A stretch of DNA of 64,000 nt, from assembly GCA_964016885.1 (NCBI GenBank), contig OZ024742.1, positions 129,270,001 to 129,334,000 of the forward strand, in the 5' to 3' direction. Within the stretch, counting starts at the first letter, position 1, and every line of letters begins with the position of its first letter. Source of the stretch: Eledone cirrhosa (lineage: Eukaryota). Under the pieces are notes generated by a model. That model was not told the DNA's origin. It saw only the letters and a program-made list of their open reading frames with translations, and searched no databases. Both the position numbers and the translations under genes were made by a program. Below are positions 12,716 through 25,625 of this stretch, one piece after another.

Positions 12716-13121
12716 GCTAGTATCCTATGAGATGGAATAGAGACTTAACATTTCAGAAGGAGCTTTCATCACAGGTTGTGCTCCAGTGATGGGCTCTGTT
12801 CCATAACATCGTTCTACTTCATCTGCAGCCATTACTTGCAATCAAGAAAGGGTTTTTGGTGCCCATGCCGTCACGAGAAGACACAGGCACCCTCTTAATC
12901 CAGCCAAACATCCATGATGTGACAGCTGGAAGGAATGAGGGCTGCACAAGCCCTGGGCTGGTACTTTCATTATCAACTTTGAAAAGATAAGGGAAAGTGA
13001 ACCCTGACAGGATTGAATTAAAAACACAGATGACCAGAACAGATATCCAATGATCTAACAATTTCAAATTAACCATCTTTCTTACTTCAACTAACATTAC
13101 ACTCTCATACATTTTCTGCTT

Positions 13122-13696
13122 CTCTTTACTTATGGCATGGACATGACAACCTCTTTATGTTTCTCACAGAAGTCTCTTTACTTATGTCATAGACATGACA
13201 ACCTCTCTATGCTTCTCACAGAAGTCTCTTTACTTATGTCATAGACATGACAACCTCTCTATGCTTCTCACAGAAGTCTCTTTACTTATGTCATAGACAT
13301 GACAACCTCTCTATGCTTCTCACAGAAGTCTCTTTACTTATGTCATAGACATGACAACCTCTCTATGTTTCTCACAGAAGTCTCTTTACTTATGTCATGG
13401 ACATGACAACTACTCTATGCTCCTTACAGAAGTCTCTTTACTTATGGCATAGACATGACAACCTCTTTATGCTTCTTACAGAAGTCTCTTTACTTATGTC
13501 ATGGACATGACAACTTCTTTATGCTTCTCACAGAAGTCTCTTTACTTATGTCATAGACATGACAACCTCTCTATGTTTCTCACAGAAGTCTCTTTACTTA
13601 TGTCATAGACATGACAACCTCTCTATGTTTCTCACAGAAGTCTCTTTACTTATGTCATAGACATGACAACCTCTTTATGCTTCTCACGGAAGGCTC
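13122..13696. repeat. 52-bp minisatellite, about 11 copies
   Basis: Unit AGAAGTCTCTTTACTTATGTCATAGACATGACAACCTCTCTATGCTTCTCAC. Confidence 0.95.
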
Positions 13697-15947
13697 TAGT
13701 TGTATGAAAGAAAACCACCCACTTTCAAGGGTTCCTATCTAAATTAAAATCTTCCAAAATAATTTCATATAAGAACCACATGAAGTAATGAAATAATAAT
13801 TTTAGTCAATCCTTCAAAATTCTTCATGAATTAATTGAAATAGAGTGTTTCACTAGAAATATAGTCACAAAGCGTTAAGAAAAATTTAGCATTCATCATT
13901 AAAAAAAAAAATTAAAAGTTAATATGATAGCAGAACCCTAGTCACAGACTAGATTCCTTAAATACATATCCCTACTTGAATTTTAAAGAAATGCATGGTA
14001 TTCCTATAAAATAAACATTAAACATGTTTATGAAGTTTTATTTTTAATAAGATTTAAAAAATAAAATAAAAATTCAAGCTAATTTAAAAACATTAAAAAT
14101 TCTTTGGAACTATTATCCAGGAATTTAGCAGTTACAACTACTATCACCACCAATGCTGCCACTACCACCACCACTACTACTACCACTATGACTACTCCAG
14201 TGGCATAACAATCCACTTGGTTTAACAATTATCACTGGCCCACCACAGCAACTAGTGGATAGTGCTAGTATTTGTTCCTAATCATTCAGTGCCTCTCTGG
14301 ACTTTTCTGTCTTTAGTGATTCTTAATAGCTTCTTAACCATTTTAATATCAAACTGCCTGAAACTACCCATGATTATACAATACAAAGCTGTTTATTTTA
14401 AAGTGATATCTAAAAACATTACATCATAATCTTATGTAAGAATTTTTATGTTTCAAACACCAGCTTAAATAATGCCAACATTAGTTATATTACTAATTCT
14501 CTCTGAATGCTTAATTATTTCCAGTATCTTTTATTAAAAGTATGCTAATGAACTGGTTAATCTTTTACTCTCTAGCCATTCCTTATTGATCTTCTCTTCT
14601 AGCTGCCTCTCCCATCCCTTTACCATGTTTGTGGTTGCATCTGTGCTATTATGTATGAGTTCTTTTGCCCATCTCTTGCATTATTTACCTTGGGCCTACT
14701 CCCCAACCTTTCTCAGGACTGTTACTTTTCTCCTTATATTTAACAAAGGCGCTTAGGTGTGTGTACATATGTACACACACCTATGTATAAATAAGCATGT
14801 CAATCTATCTATGTGTCTACCTACCTACATTAAACTCCCCACATTTTTTAAATTGTTTGTTCAGAGAGGGAAGGGCGATGTCTGCTTCTGATATTTATGA
14901 AATCTAACACCATTACATGACCCTTAGATGCCTGCAACACTGGGTTATCTGGTGGTGTTAAAACAGGTGACAGATTAACTTTACCACCTAAGTAGGCCAT
15001 AATGGGATTTGAACTCAGATTACGGACAGGCAGAACAAACAATGCAATACATCCCCAATGCTCTAATAATTCTGCCAATCCAATGCCTTATCCAGATTGT
15101 ATAGAATATTTAGTAAAGCAAGTCTATAGGCTCCAATTTGATAAAGGCATGAATGTTACAATATCTCATACCCAGCCATCTCTTCCTTTTAAATGTACTC
15201 ATGAGTACAGAGAGGTGATGAAAAATTGGAAGTGGTTCTTGTGCCTATGAAATAAAATCAATATTTCAGCTGTCTATTTCCATAAAACTGTTTACAATAG
15301 GAAAAAAATGTTTAAAAAAAAGAGTGGGAGTATAGATTCACACAATCAAAAGTCAAAAATGAAATAAATAAATAAATAAATAGATAAATGAATATATAAA
15401 TAAAAATGTAAAGCAATGGCTATCAATAGAATACTTTACAAATGATGACTCAATATGTCTTCTATTTGACACATTTAACTAGCTTTCAATAGGCTTTATT
15501 GGAAGTGAACAATGATATTGTTATTTTCGCTTATGGCAGTTGGCGGCATAGCAGGAGTAGAAGCCAGAATAGGAAGAAGACAATTTTTGTTTCTCGTGTT
15601 ACACACACACTCTCTCTCTCTCTCCTTGGTATTAGCAAGACATTCTTAAAAGTATAAAACACCCAATGACTAAATCACATTAAAAGTTGAAGTCTTTACT
15701 CTAATACTATGAATGTTCACACTGAACAGTTTACTAATAAAGATACAATAAGCATTTGAATTGACAAACCCGTTATTGGATATTTTTTGCTAAATCATTA
15801 CAGGATGTTAAAAATATAAAACAGTTCTATGACTACATCACATTAAAAATTAAAGTCTTTATTCTAATACTGTAAATGTTCACAATCATGTTTATTAATA
15901 AAGATACTACAAACATTTGAATAGACAAACTTGTTTTTAGATCTCCC

Positions 15948-16232
15948 CCATAACTCCTCATGGAGTCATAGAGGCACTGTCATATGGCATGTCTAGGGCT
16001 CTTTTTTAAACCTGGCAGAATCCAAACCTCTTCAGGTCTGAATACAGACAATTTTTTCTATAGCGGAAGAATCGACCCCAGTACTGGATTGGTACTTTTT
16101 TTTTATCAACCTCGAAAGGATGAGAGGCAAAGTTGACCACGGCAGGATTTGAACTCAGAGCACACAATGAGGTGGGACAAATACTGTAACGCATTCTATC
16201 TGACATCTTAACGACTCTGCCAATTAGTCGCC
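15948..16232 (-). mobile_element. tRNA-SINE variant with long alternative 3' tail
   Basis: Reverse B-box GGATTTGAACTCAG and central motif, joined to a tail (GGCATGTCTAGGGC..AAACCTGG..GGTCTGAATACAG). The tail recurs at about 2140, 16620-16760, 26520, 29750, 43330, 61670 and 62050. Confidence 0.7.
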
Positions 16233-17081
16233 TTATTTTAGATATTTTCTTCATCTAAATCATTACAGAATTTTAAGAATTAACTAACAAAAAATCTAGT
16301 ATGTAGGAAAGACTATCCACCCCCAGTACCACTCCACAGTATCAGTCACAGTACACCCTGGATTAGAAGAATATGTCAATACTTCATGAAATGATATATG
16401 CCAAGAGATTACTAGATATCATCATCACTGAGGCAGCATATTGGTAGGGTTGTTAGACCATCATATAGAATGCTTCATCGTATTCATTCTGGACCTCTAC
16501 ACTCTTGAGTTCAAATCCAGCCACGGTCAACTTTGCCTTTCATCCTTTCGAGGTTGAGTACTGGGGGTCAACTTTGCCTTTCATCCTTTCGAGGTTGAGT
16601 ACTGGGGGTTAATTCTTCCTTTATATATTTATTTCTGTTTCTCTTGAAGAAAAAAAAATCAGCTTTCTTCAAACCTAGGGAAGCATGGATTCTACCAGGT
16701 TTAAATGCTCAAGACACACTAAATTCCAATGGCACCCTTGCAGCTCAATTGGGAGTGGAAGGCCCTTGACATGAACAAAATATGACATCATCATAATTTT
16801 TATGGCTGCTTTTCCATGCTTACATGAGTTGCATAGGAGTTTTTGAGGCAGCATTTTATCTCCAGATCTTAACACTAACCATTTTGGTTACAATATGCAG
16901 AAATACAATACACTTATTCTAAAAACTAGGATAGACATAACTTAGTTAAGGTAAAATCTGGAATCTAGAAAAATGAATTGCAGTCAACTTCAGCAAAAAC
17001 TAGTATGAAATGTAGTTTGATGAGACCAATTGAAATGAGAAGTGAAGAATTTAATATTTGGGGCTTTTGCTCTCCATCTGA

Positions 17082-17260
17082 TAATTGTTTCTACTTTTGG
17101 CGCAAGGCCAGCAATTATCCCAGTGTATTACTGGTACTTTATTTTATCGACCCCGTAAGGATGAAAGGCAAAGTTACCCTCAGCGGGATTTGAACTCAGA
17201 CCATAAAGGGCTGTAATTCTTTGCTGCAAAGCATGGCATCCGACCCTCTATATCAGGCAA
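17082..17260 (-). mobile_element. tRNA-derived SINE
   Basis: Reverse complement of the SINE consensus seen at 58876-59068. Confidence 0.85.
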
Positions 17261-17434
17261 CTATATGTCAGGTATCTGTGCATGTACAAAAGCTGGAAGT
17301 AAAAGGTTTGCCAATGTTCTATGATGAAAGGAATGGATCCATAAAGTGCTCTAAATTGCAAAACTGTGTAAATCAAGTGAGTGTTCATACCTAAAGGTTC
17401 CAGATACTCTAGAATCTTTAGCATCTTTTATTTC

Positions 17435-17882
17435 ATTCTTCAGAATATCTGTTGAGTCAGTGTTGTTGTATGGATTAGGTACATGGACCCTGACACAAGC
17501 AATTCAGTCAGTGTTATTGTATGGATCAGGTAGATGGACTCTGACACAAGCACTTGAGAAGAAAGTAGACGGTGTATATACTAAAATGCTTAGAGTTGTA
17601 CAAAACAAACTGGCGTTAATGTATTACAAATGGAAGTTTATACGGAAACTTGCCCAAGATAACAATTACAATTGCTCAAAGATGGTTACAATTTTCAGGG
17701 CATTGCTGGAGAAGTAAGCAGGAAGTAAAACAAAAGCTACTATTGTAAGAACCAACTCTTCGGAGATGCAGTAGAGGAAGACCTGCCTGAACCTTCATCA
17801 ATTAACTCTCAGGAGCAATGGAAAATTATGAATTATGGAGAAACTCTGTCATGAATGTTCAACTGTGGTTGCAATGATGACG
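17435..17882 (+). mobile_element. Decayed RTE/RTE-X LINE 3' fragment
   Basis: VESVLLYGLGTWTLT..LEKKVDGVYTKMLRVV, LYGNLPKIT and FSGHCWRSK motifs. Same family as 40352-40640. Confidence 0.8.
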
Positions 17883-20800
17883 ATTTCTAAACTAAGGAGT
17901 TCCTCAGGAGGTGGTCTGCCAGGCACCTAGTAACAATGTCAAGGACTATCTTTCCTGCAACACTTGTCAATTGATCGATTTCATTTGATAATGTCATTTT
18001 GTTTTATTTTTTATTCTGAAAGGTTTTGTAGTTAGAGAGTAGGGGAACATGAAGGTGTTTATGTTTGTACCTTTCCTAACGACATTAGATACAGGAACTG
18101 GAAGTTTCAATTCCCATCTGAAACCGTGTGTCACAGGACACTCCACTGCTTGCTGAGAGCTTACTTCTTTACTCTGTGGTGCCTGCCATAAAACTGTAGT
18201 TAATAACATTTACTACCAGGCATAACAATTAGCAATATATACTTATTATGACTAATTTCATTTCCCTGAAGACAGAATATATCAACAAGTACTAAAAAAA
18301 AATCAAAAACACTTCTTTAACATATACATTGTTTCAATCCCAGCTGAATTCTGCTGGTTCTTGAATGTCATCAACTGTTGGCTATGACATCAGTGTATGG
18401 CAATATAATTGTTGAGGAGTAACAATAGTCAGTCATTAAGCCACAGTCATAACAATAGCTAACAATCCTCATTATTATGCAGTTTTTCACCAACACAAAT
18501 TAGTTGTAACATTATACAATCACACAGTCCAATAAGATGAATACTTGGTTCTAAAATGTGCAGTTTGCACGTGTTTGGTAAATAACCCACCACCACTGCT
18601 ATAACTTCCCATCTGTAATTCCCTCTTTCTTGTTCGACCCATGCCAGAATGGGAAGATGAGAGCACCCCTCACTTTCTTCAAGACCACCTTCATGATCCA
18701 ATGTTAACTCTCCATCACCCATTGTGGAATGACTTCCGCCCTCGGCAAGCAACATGTAGCTTACCAACACCCACTGTGCCTACATCTTACACCCCAACCC
18801 CTATCACTGCTTTCCCAGCCTGGCTGAGGACACAACAAATGTAAAAACGGAAGTGCTGGTGCTACAATAAAATGCACCTGTCTTGGGTATTTTAAGGTTG
18901 GTAGAGCCAATCCCTCTCCAGGTCAAAACACAAGATGGTCACAGTTGAAATGCATTCAATCATAGGTCTTCCCAAACATGGTCAACCTTAGGCTAAGTGT
19001 CAACTAAAGTTATTTCTCTACATCAATAGATTTTCTACTATCTTTAAGGTGGAAATGTGTTTCAAGATCAAAATCTTAAGAAAACATACCTAAAATATGG
19101 ACAGAAAGGTTTTATTTTTGTCCATTTGACTATTCAACACAGTATTTAAAAAGTAAACTTCTTTTTTATTATTCTCTTTAGTCCTAAACATGCAAAAAAA
19201 ACTACAATAGATGAATATGATAATGGAAATCCTGATGGCTTCTGTTTTAATAATGCAGCAACATCAAAACCAATATCCTCTCCCATCAGCCTATCTTCAA
19301 ATGTTTTATGATAATGTTAAATTCATATCTAATTATGGAGGCTGTTGTTTAGCTCTATGAGAGTTCTGGTCAAGCAGGTATTCCAATCATAAACATTCTG
19401 TTTTCTTTCCAACCATAGTGTATCTAGGTCTACATTGTCCAATGTGTTCTTGCACTTTTTAAGACAAAGTGTAATTTGAAGATTTGGCGGCTAGTTTAAG
19501 AAAATCAAACAACCATCTAATAATGATTGAACACATTGATACAAAACCAAACATTTGTAGAAGAGAGTACAGTTGATGAGATCAATTTATAGCTGAAATA
19601 CATTCTATTGATTCCAAAGAGCTAAAAGGCAATGTCAGTTTAAGCAAAGTTTTAGACTAAAAATCTAGAAAGATTAAAATTAAATACTTTAAGGCATTTA
19701 GACAAGCATTTTTTTTCTGTTCTGCCACACCTTTGCTTTTATATTCTTATCTAATAATGAAATCACACCGTAATGTTTGAGGCTAACTACTATACTTAAT
19801 TTGATTTTGAGTAACACTATTAACGTTCTACTCTTCAATGTATATTTGTACAACAAATCTCTTATTTTTATTACATGATGGACATTGCACAAGAACACAA
19901 CTAATCATGTTATAACAGAAAAGACTGTACTTAGTGTCAAACCTATAACCATTAACCAATTCCACAAGTGCTTTTTATTACTACTTACAAGAGAAGAAAG
20001 TCAAGCTATCATGCCTTAATTTGAAAACTTCTTCAAAAGAGTAATCACAGGCAATAGATCGAAGATTTTTATTGGAGAAACATTTACTGAATGCTGTTCA
20101 AAATGAACAGTGTAATTCACTTCATTCTCCCCCTTCCAATATAATACTTAAAGATGAAAGAACATCTGAGTAAACTTACACATGAAAGCACACACAAACA
20201 TATGAATACACATACATGAATGGACAAAAAAAAATGAAAATAGATGCAAGGTTTAAATTTAAATTAAAAAATTCAACAAAAAGTTTCATCAGTTTAACAG
20301 TTTTTTTATTCTTGCTTGGCACACATCTGCTGTACAATATCTGCCCATGTATTTCAACAAGGCAAGAAATCTAACTAACCTTTTGGTCACTCTAACCCCA
20401 ACCCCACTCAGATCTTCTTTAGTTTACTTTTTCTTTTGCCTCTTATCTATTCTCTAATTCGTTTTTAAACCATATTTCTAAAGAAAGACACTGCCCTGCC
20501 TATAATTTTCATATTTCAAAAATAATCAAGAATTTGGAGTTATTTAGTAATATAACCAATTTTAGCTGGTGTTTGGAGCATAACTTAAAGGTCCTTATTT
20601 GAAATTATGATACAGTTTTGTCTCATAGAACCAAGGTGATTTGATATCAAAAGGGTTAACTCAATGTCTCATCTATTCGTCCTAAATGCAGATTCCACCC
20701 CCAACCCCAAACACATACATACACTGGCTCTTTCTAGACTCATGTGTGTTTTTACTTTAAACAAAAAAAAAAGAAAGGTTAGTACACATAACTTCTGCAT

Positions 20801-23800
20801 GACTGAAGACCAGTGGAGGAAAGGAAAGAAATCATAAGTCATAGGTTGCTGACATTGACTACTTCAATCTCTGAAAGTCAGTTATTATTCACAGAACAAG
20901 GACCTTGTCAATTTTGGTAGGTTTTAACTTATGGGGACATAATTTGTTCCCACTTAAGCTTTTGGAAACAAAGCCTACCAATGCTTTTATTCTAAAGATG
21001 TAAACATAATTAAAAGGTAAATAAAGAATTATAATCATTTAACACCTATTAACCTTGCTAGGATGGATTGTCACAGACTAAGTCAGCATTTAATCAGGGC
21101 AACAAGCCTCTCAGACAGGCCAAGTCCGCATCTCGCTTATGTACATACCAGCACACTTACTGGGTACACATGTACTGGGTATATTTTATTGTGGCACCTG
21201 CATTAGGGAGGTTGTCGTATCTGTGATATGACTGAAGAGTCCTCTCAACCTACTTTTTGGCATGATATCTACAACTAGATATCCTTCCTAATGCCAATCA
21301 CTCAACGTGCATTGGGTGCATTTCATCAGGACACTAGCACTAAAGATGCTACTAGTCATTAGATAAGAAAAATATAAGGCTGATATTTAGAAATTCAGTA
21401 GAAACTTCCTGAATCTCAAAGTTTGTATATTTTTCTAGCACCAAAAATGACAGATCAGTAGATTAAACCAGTCATCTTTGAGCAGTCACTAAATGCTCTG
21501 ACTGAACAAATACATATAGTTGTAGCCACCTTCCTTACTGCATACCAAACATTGGTGATTTCTCTAAGCCACTTGGCTTTAGATGGCTATTATTTGATCC
21601 ATTATCCTACTTAACAATTGAATAAAACATTTAATTGTATTTTCTGACACAAGTCCACTTAATATAAATTGCTATCATGAGTGCTTACATTATTATCATC
21701 ATCATTATTTACTGTTAATTTTCCTGGCTATCAAGTGTTGTACAGGTCGTCATAGACTATGCCGTCACTTAAAGCTACCAACCTTTCAGATAGACCAGAG
21801 GGGAGGGGAATCCACACTATCTCACATACATTCCTGCACTTTTCAGAGTGCACTAGCTGTATTTTATCATGACATCAGTACTACAAAACTTATATCTTTG
21901 ACACAACTGATGAGGCCTCTCAAATTTTGTTTGACCAATTTTCTATGGTCGGATGCTCTTCGTATCACCGACCACTTTACAGAATGTACCAAGTGCATTT
22001 TATCATCTCACTAACATTAGAGAGATTGAGACCTCTTAACTCCATTTCATCACTGTTTCTACATCAGGATACCCTAAGGTAAAATCTAGAACCTGAAGAA
22101 ACTGATGATGGCCTCTGTTGACAACCATTAGCTACTAGAGTTTGTAGAAGACTTTCATAAATTCAAATTTCATTTTTTTTTTATAAATCATTTATGCCTT
22201 ATGCCTTCCTTTTTTTTTTTCTCTCCCACTAAAACTGGTAAAAGGGAAGAGACATCCTCAAGTGAGAAACTTGACTAAAATGCTTGAAATAGAGTGGATT
22301 CTGCTAAAAATATTAAAGCCAGATGATGTTAAACCAAGTAATGAATTAAGTCGACCACCCAAGTAGGCCACTGCAGGATTTGAACTCATAATGCACAATG
22401 CTAGAACAAATTCTGCATGGCATCCCATCTCATGCTCTAATGATGCCACCATCCTGCTGCCCAAGACTTATTTTATCAACCACAGAAGGATGAAAAGCAA
22501 ATTTATCTTCAGCAGTATTCAAACTCAGAACACGGAGAGCAAGAAAAAATTCAAAATATTTCAACATTCTGCCAATTCACTTTGGATTGTTGCTATGAGA
22601 AGTGTAGAATCCAACATTTCAGACTCTTGTTAGATTCTTCTCTCTTCAAGGCAATTGAACTTAAACTCTTCCATGAACTATTGGGTGCAATACGAATAAT
22701 GTAACAAGATAAGAGAATAATGGTCACTGCAGGGTTATATAGAAACCATGTAATATGATAGTTTCAGTTTGATGACCCCTGTCACCCCGCACCAGTTATT
22801 GGTGTAAGTTTGGTTGTTGCTATTTCCGGAATATTTTGTGCATAGTTTTGAAGGGTGTGGTAAATATAAAGCAAACTTAAATCAAAGCAGGGTGCAACTA
22901 TAGGTATGCTTTGCAGTCCTTCATTTACCGTTTGGAAATCTCTCTGAATGCTTGAAATACTACTACTACTACTACTATTACATCCATCACTTGCAATCGA
23001 GTATGCACTATGCTTTCACTCAGGGTTTTAGGTGCCCATGCAGTTGCAAACAGACACACTCTCAATCTTCCACCTTTTGATCCAGCAGAACATCCAATAT
23101 GTAATAGTTGGAAGGAGAGAGAGAGAGAGAGAGCTGTATCAGTACTGGACTGGTACTTTCTATATCAATCCCAATGTTGCATTAAACTATTTCATGTTAT
23201 ATCAAACTCTTAAAAAAGAAAAAAAAAAATGAGGGGAGAAATTCATATTGGATAAAGTAGTCCAAAGAAAAATATGTGAGAAAAAAAAACAGCTAGAATG
23301 CCTTTGACCATAAATTTAGACCAATCAAGATTAATTTGGGTGACCAACAACATCATATGGATTCAGAAGCTCAATTGAAAACCAAACAGATAAATATAGT
23401 AGAGTGTGGGAACATATATAAAGAAGATACAACCCTTAGCTCACCTGAGAGGCTAGTAGCTCCGATAAAGTACTGAATTTAGTCTGTGACAACCCATACA
23501 ACCCATGCTACATTAAATGATGACATTGATAATGTTATGCCACTTGATAAAATATAATGCTAACTGGTTAAAACAATGTTTTACAAACTATGAAAGATAA
23601 GGGTAACTGTGCATAAAAAAGCCAAGACATCAGTATTAATAAAAATTGATCTCAAAACATTATGCATGTATTCAGAAGAAAGCCTTATTAATGCAACTCT
23701 GGGAAATTAACTTTGTCAAATTATCTTTTCTAGAAAAAATGATCGAATCAATCATACAGCTATTCTGCTAAGACCAACATTTTCTAAAGCTTTCCATCTG

Positions 23801-24176
23801 CTGCACTATTTTCTATACATCTGGAAGAATAAGCATAAATACACTGTTGACCCTTGAAATACAGCACCAGTATTTTGTAAACCTTGATTTTATTTTATTT
23901 TTATTTTGTTTCTATGATAGTTAACATGCACACATTAAAACAAAAAAGAAATATTTCATAAGAGGAAATTAAAAGAAGTTGTTAGAAGTCATTAATACAC
24001 TTGCCATAAACACTATAACTAATTACATGTTAAGTCTTACACCAAGGACAGATGCAGTTTCAACTTAGCCATTTAGTTTTTAGTTATCTCTTTCCATTCT
24101 GACTGACTGGCTGTTTGAATATTTCAAATATTAAATGACTGGCAACCAATGATGTTAATGTATCAATATATATATA

Positions 24177-24690
24177 CTAGTGAACCTGTGCCATCAATAA
24201 TGATGGCCATAGCATTGAACATATTTAACTTTTTTGCATTTAAACCGGCCATATCTGGACAGAATTCTCTCACCTCTTTCTGTTCAAACTGGTTTTAACC
24301 AGCTGCTCATACTGACATTAAAGTATTGTTCTCAAAATAAATAACATCAAACTCTCATAGATTCAATATTATATGAGATAATTATGTGAGATAAAGCCTT
24401 TATTGTGAAAGTATAATAGTAAATATAGAATAATGTAAATGGTAATGGGTTAAATGTTAGTGTCCAGCACTGGCATGATATAATATATATCTATATCTAT
24501 ATATATATATATATACAAACACATATATACCAGCTTAACTGAATATAAGAACAGTCATATAACTGGGAAACTTGCATTTTGTGAAATTAATGGTTTGCAT
24601 AAGAAAAACCCTATAGTTTATATTGATTACTGACATGAATGATATCTTAATTATTCATGTCTAGGATATAATTACACAAATGTTCAGCAT
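24177..24690 (-). mobile_element. Non-autonomous Helitron-like element interrupted by a MITE B copy
   Basis: On the minus strand a 7-bp hairpin GCCATCA-TTAT-TGATGGC lies 9 nt upstream of CTAG|T, the canonical Helitron 3' end. Paralog at 8526-9590. Confidence 0.65.
24229..24449 (+). mobile_element. piggyBac-like MITE family B
   Basis: TTAA on both sides, degenerate TIRs, internal sequence matches 32839-33052. Confidence 0.8.
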
Positions 24691-25189
24691 AACCACACAA
24701 CTACTAATACCACACACACTACTAATACATAAACACGCTACTATTATATACACACTACTAATACTATATACACACACACACTACTAATACCATACACACA
24801 CACACATATTATTAAAACAACAAAAACATCAAACGTTACTAATACCACATGCACATACACACATTCCTAATACTATACACACTTTCACATCTATGACTCA
24901 TGTACTTTGGAAGAAGCAACATTCTAGCTGAAAGCTTTTCCATGCCAGTGAGGATAATTTAAGCTGAAAGAAGACCTGGTTACTGAACCAATGATTCAGA
25001 TAGACAATCCTTTTCATAACTATTCAGCTGTACTTAGTTCTAATAGAAATCTGAGGCATCAGCAATATAACATTATGTACCTGTAGATGGACATAGTCTG
25101 GCCGAATACTCATAGACTGCATTTCATAATCACAGTGATCCGAGTTCACAGGCATAATTACATCTTCAAGAAGATGTGTTACATTCATT

Positions 25190-25625
25190 CGTCTTCAGTG
25201 AACATAGCCTTGGTCAGAAGGTGTTGATGTCATCAGATGGTGTCCAACGTTCATTGGATATTTCAACCGCCAACCATAACACCCTCTCGCTGGTATCGGA
25301 TAAATTACTGCCCATCTTTTCCTCCTGGCTTCCAGCTTATCTCCTCTCTCCTGCTCTAAAGCCAGTGAAAGGCCCTTTCTACTGCCTCCTGTCAACTGCG
25401 ATCTTCTTTACTCTTTCTATCATTCCAATGGCAGTGAGCATTCTCCATACTGAGTGAGCGAAGAATCCCCTACAGCCCACCTCAACTGGAAATAGCCATA
25501 CCTGCCAACCTTTCTACCTGCACTGCTGAACAAGTTCTTGATACTTGGCACTCTTTCGCTCAAAGACGATGCTGCATGCTTTATCCCATGTGACTGTGAG
25601 TTCAATCAGGATTACTATGTAGCAT
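25190..25625 (-). mobile_element. Hero/R2-like non-LTR retrotransposon 3' remnant (restriction-like endonuclease domain)
   Basis: Manual translation LIELTVTWDKACSIVFERKSAKYQELVQQCR*KGWQVWLFPVEVGCRGFFAHSVWRMLTAIG fits the IELTVPWE..ERK..KY..PVEVGCRGF signature of RLE-type elements. One in-frame stop. Confidence 0.85.

Noticed and set aside
12819-13112. 97-aa minus ORF as a terminal exon with a TM segment, spliced to a 123-nt candidate exon at 18071-18193
   Set aside because: 12950-13060 is a decayed SINE, the splice signals are weak (donor GTACAA) and the peptide is unrecognised.
13122-13696. CRISPR-like array with palindromic repeat
   Set aside because: No variable spacers; it is a plain minisatellite.
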